A DNA stretch of 64,000 nt from Podarcis erhardii (Eukaryota): assembly GCA_964252035.1 (NCBI GenBank), contig OZ176201.1; one strand, 5' to 3'. Both the position numbers and the translations under genes were made by a program. A model generated the notes under the pieces. The model made no database searches, had not been told where the DNA came from, and worked only from the letters and a program-made list of their open reading frames with translations. This document shows positions 26,350-39,500 of this stretch, in pieces (positions within the stretch are counted from its first letter, which is position 1; every line of letters starts with the position of its first letter).

Positions 26350-26695
26350 CAGTGGTGCCCCGCAAGACAAATGCCTCGCAAGACGGAAAACCCGCTAGAC
26401 GAAAGGGTTTTCCGTTTTGGAGGTGCTTCGCAAAACGAATTTCCTATGGGCTTGCTTCGCAAGACGAAAATGTCTTGCGAGTTCCTGCGGTCCCCCCCCC
26501 TTTTCTAAGCCGCTAAGCCGCTTATCAGCTGATCCGCTAAGCCGCTTATCAGCTGATCCGCTAAGCCGCTTATCAGCTGATCCGCTAAGCCGCTAATAGC
26601 GCTAAGCCGCTAATGGGCTTGCTTCGCAAGACGAAAAAACCGCAAGACGAAGAGACTCGCGGAACGGATTCTTTTCGTCTTGCGAGGCACCACTG
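26350..26695. mobile_element. Young Tigger/pogo-type (Tc1/mariner) MITE
   Basis: TA TSDs at 26348-26349 and 26696-26697; TIR cagtggtgccccgcaagac / gtcttgcgaggcaccactg; CpG-rich; internal 24-mer x3. Confidence 0.9.
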
Positions 26696-27712
26696 TACTG
26701 GCTTAACTAAACCAACACACCTCTGTGAGATGATCACACTGATCTCATTACTTCCCCTGCTTATATGTACAAAAGCATAGTGTGTTAATTATACAGATAA
26801 AAAGGGCAAGGGGTCTTACCCATGTCTAGATAATTTCAAATACTGGTGCAGTGTGCATTGTCATGTTGCTCATTAAGATGTAAGTTCTTTACATTTCCTC
26901 ACAATTGAAGATTTTTTAATCCTTTCCACTGCTTCTACACATACAAAGACATGAGACATTGTGATATAAGCAACTTTCACTCTAGGAGTTTGCAGTTCAT
27001 AGTACGCTTTGCTTGTACTTTGAAACATCCTCAGTTCATTGCAGAGCAGCACATAATGAAAAATAAAACAGATAAGCAGAAGGCAGTATAAATGGCATGT
27101 GGCAATCTGCTTGGAAGGTGCATTAAGAAAAACGAGATAAGTAAAACTGAAGCATGTTCTTTCAAAAATAGCAAAGCCCAGAAGTTTTTGCTGTTCATTA
27201 TACAGTGGAAAGGAGTGAGTCCTCTAGTAATGTGTGTGCTTAGTAGTTAATGTTTTGTTTAAAATCTCTGGCTCCCAAAATTACTAGGAGGCAAAAGAAA
27301 TTGCTGGCAGACCTAGAGACCACCCATCCTGGTTCTAGTGTGTGTTTTGATCACTGAGGTTTTGGATTACCAAATTATGTGAATGTGCCTTGGGGTCATG
27401 CGTGCCTCTCTCCCTGGTGCAGTTGCAAGGAAGCTTGAGCTTCCATTTTCAACTATCTTCAGTTCCATTTTTTAGTTGGCCACATTTCAGCATTATGCCT
27501 GAAAGTAGATAAACCGGCTAGGCTTAGCTATGCTTTAACGAGACAAGCCAACCAAACCATGGTTTATGAAACTGTGTTGTTTCACTCAACCAAATACCAA
27601 TTCCAGTCTTGGTAGGAGTGGATGCCATTGCTTATGTAGCCAAAATGGTTCTATCCACTTAGAAAAGGAAATAATCAGCAGGCTCGGGGGAACCTCATGG
27701 TTTGCAGAAATA

Positions 27713-27954
27713 CAGTGGTATGTCGGGTTATATACGCTTCGGGTTACATATGCTTCAGGTTACAGACTCTGCTAACCCAGAAATAGTACCTCGGGTTAAG
27801 AACTTTGCTTCAGAATGAGAATAGGAATTGTGTGACGGTGGCGTGGCAGCAGTGGGAGGCCCTATTAGCTAAAGTGGTGTCTCGGGTTAAAAACAGTTTC
27901 AGGTTAAGAACGGACCTCCAGAACGAATTAAGTACATAACCAGAGGTACCACTG
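27713..27954. mobile_element. Tigger/pogo-type MITE
   Basis: TA TSDs at 27711-27712 and 27955-27956; TIR cagtggtatgtcgggtta / taaccagaggtaccactg. Confidence 0.85.
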
Positions 27955-30900
27955 TACACAGATTTGATTCTTTAGGGGGAAATAATCTAAGGAGTGGGGA
28001 GTCTCACACAGGGTGGGAAGCCCAGTCTGATGAGGATTGAGCGTGCTCATTGGCTGTGGAAAGCTGACTGACGGAAGGATAAATTGAAAATGGGGGTGAG
28101 AATACTGAAGAAGGAGGACTCCATGCTTCAACATTTTTTGAAGGTCCCACTTATAGTTGAGATTAAGTTTTGGGTTTGGCTGTGATGAATGCTAAACTGC
28201 AGTTAATTGAAAACAGGAGTGAAAGTTTCTGATCTCATGGCTGTGCCAGAGGCTGGAGGTGGAAAGGTGGGAAGAAGAGCATGAGCCTGTGGGTGCAATG
28301 CAAACCAGAACTGACAGAGGGAATGTCAGCAGATTTTCTCAGATCATTTAATTCTCATGACTGTTTAGTGGGACACTGCTAGTTATTGAATGGTTTGCTT
28401 AGAGCCTGGAAGCAGAGATGACGTCTTATTACTAAGAATAAGTATGTGTTTGGGGAGCCAAAGAGAAACAAAGCCATATCTTACTGATTATGTAATAATC
28501 CCTCTTTGTAATGTCATTGAAAGTTCTGGACAATTGCTCTGAATTTGATGAACAGACTTGGATACTCACCAGTAAAACAACAACAGGATTTGGCCTGGAT
28601 ATTCCCCCCCCCTCCACCCAGTTTTTGTTTTGGAAGGAACTTGCCTTTGGCTGCACTCAGACTTGCTTCTATAAATGGTGGCTTTGGCTCTCTTCATTGT
28701 TCAGCCATCTTAAGTGTTTTTGGCCAAGCCCTTGTTTTCTGAAAGGAAAGCAGACATGTGTCTCCTAGAAGCTGGCATGTTCTTTAGAAGTAGAATTGCC
28801 CATTTTATTCTCCATGAATTTGAGTTATATTTAAACATAGAGTTTCTGTCTTTGAATTACTTTGTTTCCTATTAGCTGATATTGAAATAATAGCTCTGGT
28901 TTCCAGCATGCAAAATGCCTTCCAGCTTCATATCAGCTTGTTGATTATTATCTCTTAAAAGGCATTGTAGTTTAATACAGTGGAATAAAATCACAGGAAA
29001 TTAAAAACAAATCCTATTAATGTTCAGGACAATGCCTTTCATTAAACACACACAGTTTTCTTGGAATTTTCCTTAACTGTGCAGTGCCTTCAACCACCTC
29101 CTTTTCATCTTCTCTTGGCATTTCCTGTAATTGGCAATAGTCAGGAGACCATGGGTGGGCCATAGGGTTAAGTCTGAGATATGAGCACAATAAAGGGTAG
29201 CATTTTAAGAAGTTTGTTTATGTCATAAGATAGAATTGTGATACTGCTCAGTGTAATTGTTATGGGGGTGATTTGCAAAACAGTTTATGAAAAAAACCAG
29301 CCCTCAGATCTTGTCAGTTCAAAGCAGGAATCTGTTTGAAGACTCCTTAGACACTTTAGTTTAGTTACACCAAGAAGTCACACAACTAGCATGAGTTAAT
29401 TGCAAGCATTGTTCTATTTGTGCTGTGATGCCCGAAAGCACTTGATGCTTGTTGAAGTGAACTTATTCTGGCCAGTCTCACCATATTTTTTCAGTCCAAA
29501 CAAATGTTCCCTGTTAATTCAAGAAGTAAGAACATCCAGTCAATCTGAAAAAGCGCACTTTTAAAATCAAGGACCTGCTAATTTAACCCAGATTCTTACA
29601 TTGATTCCCCCCCACAAATAGATTTTATTAAAGCTTAGGTTCTGGCATTCATTTTTGATGTGACAAAGTCATTGCAAGGTTTTTAAATTTCTTACCTAGG
29701 CAGGGCCTCCACAAACTTAAGTGTGGTCCTCCCAACTAAACCTTCCTCTCCCTTAAAGTCCACTGTATGTTCCAAAAGACTGAAATAGGTGAGGGTTGCC
29801 ATATTTCAAAGAGTAAAAACCAGCACACCGCAAAATTGTTGACTTAAAAAACACACACTCCCCATTATTATTTTTTACAGAAACACAAAAAAACCACGCA
29901 ATTTTGTAATTGCCTTTGAAATCCTGGTAATGTCCAGGAAAATCCAGGCGTATGGCAGCCCTAGAAAAGGGTGGTGGATGATAGATCTCGAATACATTTT
30001 GGGCTTTGGAGTAGGCAGAGGTAGGCAAGATGTTCAGCAGGCAAGATTAAGGTGGACATTCACATACCTGCCCAAAAGAGAAAATTCCTCACTATAAAAG
30101 AGGGCACTGATTCACCTATGCTAATTTATATGGGTAGATGGAAATTTCAGAATAGTGACAGAGCTCAACCTCAGGAGGAAGTGCCACACACTGAACTCTG
30201 ATTAAGATGAAAGCTATTGTAGGACATATATTTCTTCTACTTGTCGTCTCAGTTATACAAAGCCATGACCTATTACTTTCTATAATATCTCTACTTTAAA
30301 GTTGTTCAAAAATTCAAATGTATTGAATAAAGTGAAACTAATCTTTGAAGAGGACCATTGCAAATGAGAGGTTCCAATTTGCTGTTCTCCATATCTACTA
30401 GTGTAGCTATAATTATTACATACTTAATTACTGGTTAAGATTCATTGTCTAATATGTCAGCCTGCCAGCTCTTATTCTGTAACATCATAGTTCTCATACT
30501 AAAGCAACCCTTTGAAACAAGTTGGCTAGACGTGTTAATTGACAATCTGTTACCTGGCATTCAGTGTTGCATATGGTCTGTTTAGGCACACTTGAAAAGA
30601 TTAGATTAAAATGGCTCCAATAAACTTATTCCAGATAATAGCATCATGAAAAGCAAATATATTTTCGCTCCAAACCTTATTCAACATTTTTTTATGAGAG
30701 TGTCTTATTGTTGGTTGTAAGCAAGGCCTGAGGCAGTAAGGCAAGTTCCATTGTTTCCCTCCAGATATGGTTTAGCTAATCTGCATGGTTTATGAAAAGG
30801 TTTTCATCTGCATGGTTACATTGATGTATATCAATCTCAGAATCATGTTCCAGTTGCAGATTTCCTGCCAAACTAATGTCAACCCTAGTTTCAGGTCATT

Positions 30901-31112
30901 GCCATACAAGCTAAATCTGTTTACAGATCAGAAAGCAGCAAATTAATTCCAGGTTTCCACTGTGATAATATGAACTAAGTTTTTGTGGTGACACTTGCAT
31001 AAACAAATAAAAACATTGTTGCAGCCTTAAATAAATGAACTTCTTTTCATAAGCCCAATAAAAACTTAGGTGTTTTCACTAATAAAGCACCATGTAAATA
31101 CAAACAGATCTG

Positions 31113-31195
31113 CAGTGCAGTCCTATGCACATTTACTCGGAAATAAGTCCTATTGTGTCCAGCATGATCTATTTAGATGGTTTAAGCGTGGGGTA
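31113..31195. repeat. ~95-bp palindromic interspersed repeat, degraded copy
   Basis: cagtgcagtcctatgcacatttactcggaaataagtcc matches the family in reverse orientation. Confidence 0.55.
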
Positions 31196-33334
31196 TTAAT
31201 GTCTTCTATCACGAATGTTAAGTTTAAGTGTTTACTAGCTATATCTCTTTCTATCAGTGTTATATTTTAAACTTTCTAGATTTAAATCATTGCCCTCATC
31301 CAGCAGTCATCTTCTGCATGTTGGTAGGATTATTTGCATGTGTTGACTCCAATGTAGGATCATCATGCAAGTTTAAAAAATGATGGAAAGTCCATTACGT
31401 GCCTTTCCATTCACACAACCCGGTACAGAATAACTCTCTGATTGGAGGAAAAATAAGCCATGTGACACAGATACGAAGACTGGATTGGATTGACTGCCCT
31501 TCTAATATATAAGAGCACAAGTATGCAGAAATGAGGACAACCTAGGCAGCCTATGCGTGCCTGGTCTCTGCAATGTATGGAAGTTTACTTTAGCGCTCCA
31601 GTGTAAATGGCATACCTCCCACAGCTTCCACATTTGAATCTAATCAAATGTGGCCTGTTTTGAACATGCTCTTTGGATGAAATCTTGTGCGTGTTTATCT
31701 TCCATTTTTTAAAATCTAACATATATAACACAAGTGTGTGTGTGCACACGCATGTGCACGTGGATATATGTGTGTGTGTGTGTCATACTTTTTGCAATTT
31801 AACAGCTGACAGCAATATTTATAAGCCAGTGTGACCTTCTAGGGTTCACTTTGCCCTGGAGTTTTCATAAAGCAAGCCTTGTCATTGGCTATTTCATTAA
31901 CTAAAAAGCCATTGCTATGGCAAAGAACATGATTATATTGCGTATCAGGAGTGAATCAGTCCTATTTATTTTGAAATCCAAGTGATATGGCAGTGAAATG
32001 AGGCGGGGGTGTATGCTGAAACTGAACTGAACAGAAAGGTTTATTTATGCAGGGGTTTTGTTGTTTAATCAGTACCAAGATATAAAAATAGAAGAAGAAA
32101 GAAACTGCTGCTTTAGATCCTTCCGCTCATTAGGATAAATCACTATGTTTAAAGCGGGGGGGCGGGGGATCACTTTTAATAGAAGCTCCATGATAACTCT
32201 CTTCGTAAAGCCTTAATATTTCAGCTGATGATGATTCTGGAGAGAAATTACAGGCTTGGAATGGACACTGGGTCAGTGCAAAGAAAAAGTAACGTGGTGA
32301 CGTAATAGAGGGCAGATTTTCTACAGTGGTCCTCTCCCATTTACTAAGCTGATGTAAACATAAAGTCAGAGTGCGATCTGCTAGTTGCCTAAACAGGAGT
32401 TAAGCCTGTTGGTAATCTCTTCACAACTGTAGGTAAAGAGTACTTCAAAATCTGGGGTTGCACACCAGAAATGGCAAGGACGTTCAAGAGAATGCCCAGT
32501 GGCTGGGTGTGTGCTTGGCATCTCCAATGCAGAATACACTGCTCTTTTCTTCCTTGCTTCTTTCCTTCCTTCTTCCCTCCCTCCCTCCCTCCTTAACACC
32601 TTCACTATTTCGCCATTCATCCCCAGGGTACACACCTCTGCCCTCTCCCTAGAAACTCTACCTGTCTTCTTAATTTTGTTATGCACACATTACCTATTCT
32701 GCACTCTTATACCTTAATCCACAGCCACTTTCCAAAGGAGCTTTAGGAAGAAGCCTGACAAGTGCTTGAGCCCCCCAGTCTGAAGGGTGGCTCTGAGAGG
32801 GAAAGGGAACAAAAGCATAGCAGTGGCAGTTCGCCTGTTTTTACAGGCTTGGCTCAGGTGGACTTTCACATCTCTTCTGTGCAAAAAAAGGATCCATTTT
32901 ACTTCCTGCTGGCCTGAAAAGGTGTCGCAATACATGGCAATGCTGCTTTTGTTTTTAATACTCTGAGTAACAAAGATGCTTCCGCCTCTTCTCTAACACA
33001 AAGTATCTTACTAACACTGTCATTAGTATCCAAGGATTGTTTTTCCAGACTGCTCAGGAACCAGGAATGCTAAACTTCTATTGTGAAAAGACTATTAATA
33101 GGTGTCAATGCGAAAGAGGCACAGGTGTATTTTAAACTCATTTGTGGGGTCAAGACAGGAATAACTGTCAGCTGCATCTTTCCTCTGCATATACTGGCTT
33201 GAAAAAGTGGGTGAATTTGAAGGAAACTTTTTGTTTGCCAAGATGATTTGTAAGCACAGGTACCTATCTGTCTTCCAAGTAACGTGGGTTATAAAACCTA
33301 TATTGTAATTTCCTTCCTTTTAGAAAGCAAAAAC

Positions 33335-33563
33335 ATGGCAACAAAGGAGAAACTGCAGTGTCTGAAAGATTTCCACAAGGACATTCTCAAACCTTCCCCT
33401 GGCAAGAGCCCTGGAACACGCCCTGAGGATGAGGCAGAGGGGAAGCCACCACAGCGTGAAAAGTGGGCCAGCAAGATTGACTTTCTGTTGTCTGTGGCTG
33501 GAGGATTTATTGGATTAGGCAATGTTTGGCGATTTCCGTATCTCTGCTACAAAAATGGCGGAG
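33335..33563 (+). CDS. SLC6A6: SLC6A6 coding exon 1 (MATKEK...YKNGG); exon starts at 33324 with 11 nt of 5'UTR
   Basis: Acceptor ttccttccttttag|aaagcaaaaacATG (ATG at 33335); donor G|gtgagt at 33564; 229 coding nt. Confidence 0.98.
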
Positions 33564-36500
33564 GTGAGTATTGTTGTCGCTTCCATAATGGTTTGGGATG
33601 TGGATAGCAGCTCCCTTTCATGTGAATGGGTGTGTGGGGAAGCAGGGCTGCTCTGAAGATGAATGAGATCAAGATTTAAAAATAACCGAAAGTGCTATTG
33701 GACTAATAGCTACTTCTCAGCTTTTTTTTTCTTTTTTCTTTTTTTGGAAAAGGGGAAATTTGATTCATATTAGTGAAAGCCAGTCACATATTTCCGGTAT
33801 GCATTTCACTGCATTTAATTTGCTTTTAAAAAAACTCTTACAACTGTTACATGCAGTACACTTTGTAAACAGTAGGTCATTAAATTCTGAGACATTGTAA
33901 AACAAGAAAACAATTGCCTTGAGATTTTACCTAATCTTCCAGTATGCAATGAAATGAAACCATTCTGTTGCACATTTTCTTTCCTATTGTTCCCCATTTC
34001 TTAATCTGAAAATAACAGGGCATTTGTGTAACATATTTAAAGTCTGATTATTAATCTCTGCTCTTAAGTGGCAATTTCAGAACATGCTAACAAGGGCATG
34101 GGCCATAGTGATGCTTCATAGTGATACTTATATACCACCATCAGCTGCTACTCCATAAAGAAAAAAAATCATTGAGTCATAGAATCTTCCTAATCTTCCT
34201 TCTGTGTTTTCTCTACAGGTGCATTTCTCATACCTTATTTCATTTTTCTGTTTGGGGGAGGTCTTCCTGTGTTTTTCCTGGAGGTGGCACTAGGACAGTA
34301 TACCTCCGAAGGAGGAATTACATGCTGGGAAAAGATCTGCCCTATCTTCACCGGTTAGTTATCTGCCTAATTCATTATAGATATATATATGTACATGCAC
34401 ACATCTAAGTTAGTTCCCAAAATTCTGTGACATTCTTCCTTCACCTTGCAGCTATGCAAAGGAAAGGGTGAGACTATGCAGAGGCATGGCTGCCTGTGAC
34501 TGGGCAGGAAACAGGTTTTATCCTTAACTTTGCTGGTGACTCTGATTTTATTTAATTCCTATGCTTTTAGTTTTTTCCCATCCAGCTGAATGGTTGTCAC
34601 ACACCTCTCTGGGGAAAAGTTAAACAGTACTGGACTTGGAGACATTTTTGCACTGAGGCCAACACCTGCTTGCCATACCTGGCAGGAATTCCACAGCAGG
34701 ATGCAAGGCCCAGCTTGAGAATGACCTACTATGCCAGAGTGTCCAAAACAGTGAGGATTTGAAGCTGCCTCTGTGGGCAGTTCCCTCTGACATCTCCTCC
34801 ACATCCACAGTGTTGCCTTCTGAGGAGGAGAAGGAGATAGACCCTGAAAAAGGGGGCAGTGAAGTACTAAAACTTTAGTCACAGAAGTACAAAAAGCTTT
34901 TTCTCCCACCTCCCCTCCAGCTCTGAGCTATTGGAGGTGGTCTTGTTCCTGCCCTCCCTTCCACCTCCCAAGTTTAGAACTGGAAGGCAGAGCAAATTTC
35001 CCCCTGACCTTGTATTGTGTTTGAAACATAACTTTAGCTTGGCAGGGGTGGATCCTGATGTGAACAAAATTTTGGTTGGCCTCTGCTAATGCAACTTTTC
35101 TATTTAAAAAATATAAGAGCAGTATTGAAATTGATGTGTTCCTGATAGAAGGTTTAGGATTTACTATTATTTCAAATAGTAGATTTCAGAATACATGAAA
35201 CTCTCTGGAACAACTTCTCTGAGATTTCTGATCTTTAATGACTATGAAATGCTTTACTATGGGTATTTGCATCAGGAGAATGTGGAATGGCTCCCATCGT
35301 CCAACAAAGCTCAATATTTAATAAGGAGCTGGTGTGTTCACAGGCCATTAAGTTGTTCCAGGGCAGTTTGGTGTTTTGTAAGGTGATTGCCAGTTTATAC
35401 CAGTTCTGTGTCTCCCAAAGTACTTACTTAGAAGGAAGTTCCATTGAGATCAATAGGACTTCTTGCCAAGTGTACGGGGCTTGGATTGGAATTTATAGCT
35501 AAAGGTTTGTGCCAATTTGCACTTCATTAGCTGTGTGCATGCCATTTGGAGCAGCAAAGGACATGACCTTATCTGCTAGTGACCCTGTGCTTGCAAAGCA
35601 AACAGGGCAGTATTTTTTTGTTGTCAAGCATTGATATGCAAGTTAAACATTTATTTTATAAATAGCAGGCATGATACCTTTGGGGGGGGGAAAGATAGAT
35701 GTGTACATATATTACAAAATTCAGTTTGCTGACCTTCCTTTTGACTTTGTTTTATTTTGCACAAACATGTTGTCTTTCCTTCCCAGAATATTGTTATTAC
35801 TGTTGCTATAACCAGTGTTTTATGACTGTGACCCTATACATTCTTACGTAAGAGTAAGCCTCACTGAATTCAATGGCATTTATTTCTGAGTAGATATGTA
35901 TAATATTGCACTGTAAAGTTGGAGTCCTATTCACACTTTTCCTGGGAACAAGCCCTGCTGTACACAGGCAGAACACAGTAGGACTTAATTCTGAGTATAC
36001 CTTCCTCTAGTTGTGCTATACATTGCAGTCAGAGGTATAAGTAAAAAAACACTGTTTATAACTGCATTGCAGAGAAAGTGCATTTCACTGAATTCTGTTC
36101 CATACGTAATGATTGTCACCCTAAGTTAGGCCAACACTTCCATTGTCCACTGTCTGCATTTGACATTGACTCAGGGAGACTCATAAGCAGATCTGGATTG
36201 AGAGAACCATCTGTGATTTAGCTTTGGCTCCTGATACTCAGAAATATGTTTAAAGCTTTCATAGTGGCTTCATAATACAAGCCAGGATTTAAAGAACTAC
36301 TTCAAACTATTTTCTTGGGTGTGCTCTTCCCCAGTGGGAATTTTTTCTTTGAAGAGCAGAACATCTCCCCTCCAATACTTCATCACAAAGTGCTTTTGAA
36401 ATTCTCCTTTATTTCAAAAGCATATTGGTATGTAGCATGGAGAAACACAAGGCAATTTTTACCTTGTGCACATGGAATAATTATTCTCTTCCAACAAATA

Positions 36501-39500
36501 CCTGCTTTAAATTGGGACTCCTTCCTAGTCTGCATTGGTTTTAGATGTTTTCTTGTTTGTATGCTTGCTGCCCTTGGCTCCTTTGGGAGGCGGGGAGGGA
36601 AACTACTATTACTATTGCTGCTGCTACTGCTGCTACTACTACTATTATGAGTAGGTATAGTCCACCAGGACACAAGCCACAGAGCCATAGGTACTGCATC
36701 ATGTCCTTAGGTTTCCATTTTTATTTAGATAGCCCTTTGGCCCATAACTTGCAATTTTGTTGAGACAAAATGAGGTTTTAGCTAGTTGTTTTTATTTATG
36801 CCTTATCTGCTTTTCTTTTCTTTGTATTTTATTGTATTGTTTTTAATTACTGTTAGCTGCTTTGAGTACCATTTGGGGGAAACGTAGACTACAAACCTAA
36901 CAAGAAATGAATTGTACCTCATTTACATGGCCATTTCCTTCTGCTCAAGTGTTGTAGCTTCAGTGGTTTTGTTGTTATTAAGCAGGGTGTTCCTAAATAT
37001 TAACAGTGCAATCATATGTATGTCTACTGAGAAGAAAGGCACATTGAATTCAATGAGACTTATTTCCAGGTAAGTGTGTACAACAGGGGTGGGCAACTTG
37101 TGGCCCTCCAGATCTTGCTGGACTACATCAGCCCTAAGCATTGGCCAATTTATGATGGGACTGATGAGAGATGATGTTCAAAAGCATTCAGAGGGCCATA
37201 GGTTACCCTTCCATGGTCTATATGTTTGCAGTCCAAATGTGATAGCCACTGCTTGCATACCTTTGCAACCTCACAACTGTGTTTTAGGAAGAACTACTAC
37301 TCCTTACTGAATTCTCTGGAAACATGGGTGCAACTGGTGAAAGAGGGGGAATCCCTTGATACCTTATCTGAGTCTTGAAATTATGCATCTCCGCTTAATG
37401 CAGCAGATATATGATGTTGAATTGTTGCCTTTGTAACCCTAGACATAGAGATTCCTAAATTAGTGAATATTACATGTTCACCTGTAATACCAGCAAGCCT
37501 TACTTATGTGTGTAATTTCATATGTTCCTTTCTTCTGCTTTCTTTCTTTCTTTTTTTAAAAAATCAGGAATAGGTTATGCTTCCATAGTGATCGTGTCGC
37601 TTTTGAATGTGTATTACATCATCATCCTGGCTTGGGGACTGTACTATCTATTCCACTCTTTTACAAGTAAGCTGCCTTGGGCTTTCTGCGACCAAGAGTG
37701 GAACACAAAAAACTGCATAGAAGACACTCTCAGGAAGAACAAAACCCTCTGGTTGTCACTGAATACCACTAACTTCACTTCTCCTGTGACAGAGTTTTGG
37801 GAGTAAGCAATTTTAATTGTTGCTCTTTGGAGAACTTTATAAGAGACATAGAACATAGAGTAAAACGGTGCCTGACTAAAATTGTAAGGGGAAGTATGGG
37901 GTATTACCTACTTCTGTAGGAGTTTTGGGTCATTATTGCAAATTTTTTATTATTACTAATTTTAATTATTGTTGTCTTATGATATTTGGGTATCTTTTAA
38001 CATCTCTATTTACTGTTCTGGATTCTGCAAGGAGGAAGGCCAGAGTATAAGAATAATAAATGAGTAAGTCAGGTTATAGTCTCAGAGACAATGCACATAC
38101 CTGATATTCCTGTTTTGATTATGATTATGTGATTTAGCACTATTCAAATAAAGTTTCAAGTTGACTCTGTGAATGATGGCCTTGATTCACCATGCATTTT
38201 ATACAGATATTTAACTTAATCATTGCACAAGGAATGTCATCTATGTGGGAGGTATTTGTTAACTTATTACACAGAAAGGCCTTAACAAAGAACTTTGCAT
38301 TTTACATTAATTTTTTAAAATAACTTTTTTATTGGGTTGTTGTTTTTTTGCATCTTCCCTTAATGATAAACATTCAGTAATCTTATAACTACCATATGTT
38401 ATATGTATTAACAGATTGAGGTCAACTGCATTGCCCTGAGCTAGCTAATAAGTTACATAACTCAGAATAATGTATGTTGCCTTGTAAATATGTAAACCTC
38501 TTTATCATGTGTTAATTCACTTGAGTTTGGTACATTCAGAAGACAACAGTCCTACTGTGAATGAAATAATCCTTAGGAGCTGTTACAATGCCTGAATTAT
38601 GAAGTCAAGTGCTCTTTATTAGGTGGAATGTTTCCTGAAATCTTTATCAGTTGTACTTGCTGAACACTAAACTTCTCAGGCATGGTTGGCTTTATTGAAA
38701 TGTTCACCTTTGTATGCTAAGTGACATCTTCCTCTTAGCAGTGCTGCTGATTGTGCATTGGAGACCATTATTATATCTTATTTGAGCTAATGGTCTGTGT
38801 AAATCTCATGCTTGTTTGAGCAGCAGTCATAGGGGATAAGCAAATCTGGCTTTATTTCCAGAGTCTTACCTCTTGGGATTACATCACATGCTTTGATTTC
38901 TTAGTTGTGAAGATTTTATTTCATAGTATATGGTTGCAAACATAATGAAACAGTAAGAAGCAGGGGGCAATTACCAGTAAACAAGAACTTTGATTGTTCC
39001 CTGCTACCAACCAAAAGCTTATAAGTGCTTAGGACTCAGCAGGCTTGGTTCATGTGAAATCTCAGGAAGCTGATCACATGCTTCAGACATGCAAATCTAA
39101 TAAGAGCTGAATAAAACGAAGCAAAATCCGCTTTTGGCTCATGTACACTTGATGCTAGCCATAAATCTAGCAAAATGTTTTTGCTCTTTTCCTTCTTATG
39201 AGTGAGATCCTTGGGAACAGCTAGTTTATTATCCCCCATTTCTATTTTAAACAGTTCTTCATCGTAGCTGAAATGGGACACACTTCAGAAGTTACACAAC
39301 TCCCCTAGTTCTGTGTTTTGTTTACTTATTAAAATGGATGTCTGTGTGATTATAGTGCTGTGATAGAAGCAGGCTGCTATCCTGTTCCCTTACCCCCCCC
39401 CCCTTAACTAAATTTATCTAAAATAATGATGATTGATTTGTTTACAATTTAAGGCAATATATAACAAAGTTGGAGAGGTTTGTGTATTTATACCTTCCCT

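Noticed and set aside
26510-26581. CRISPR-like regular repeats
   Set aside because: Head-to-tail 24-mers without spacers inside a eukaryotic MITE.
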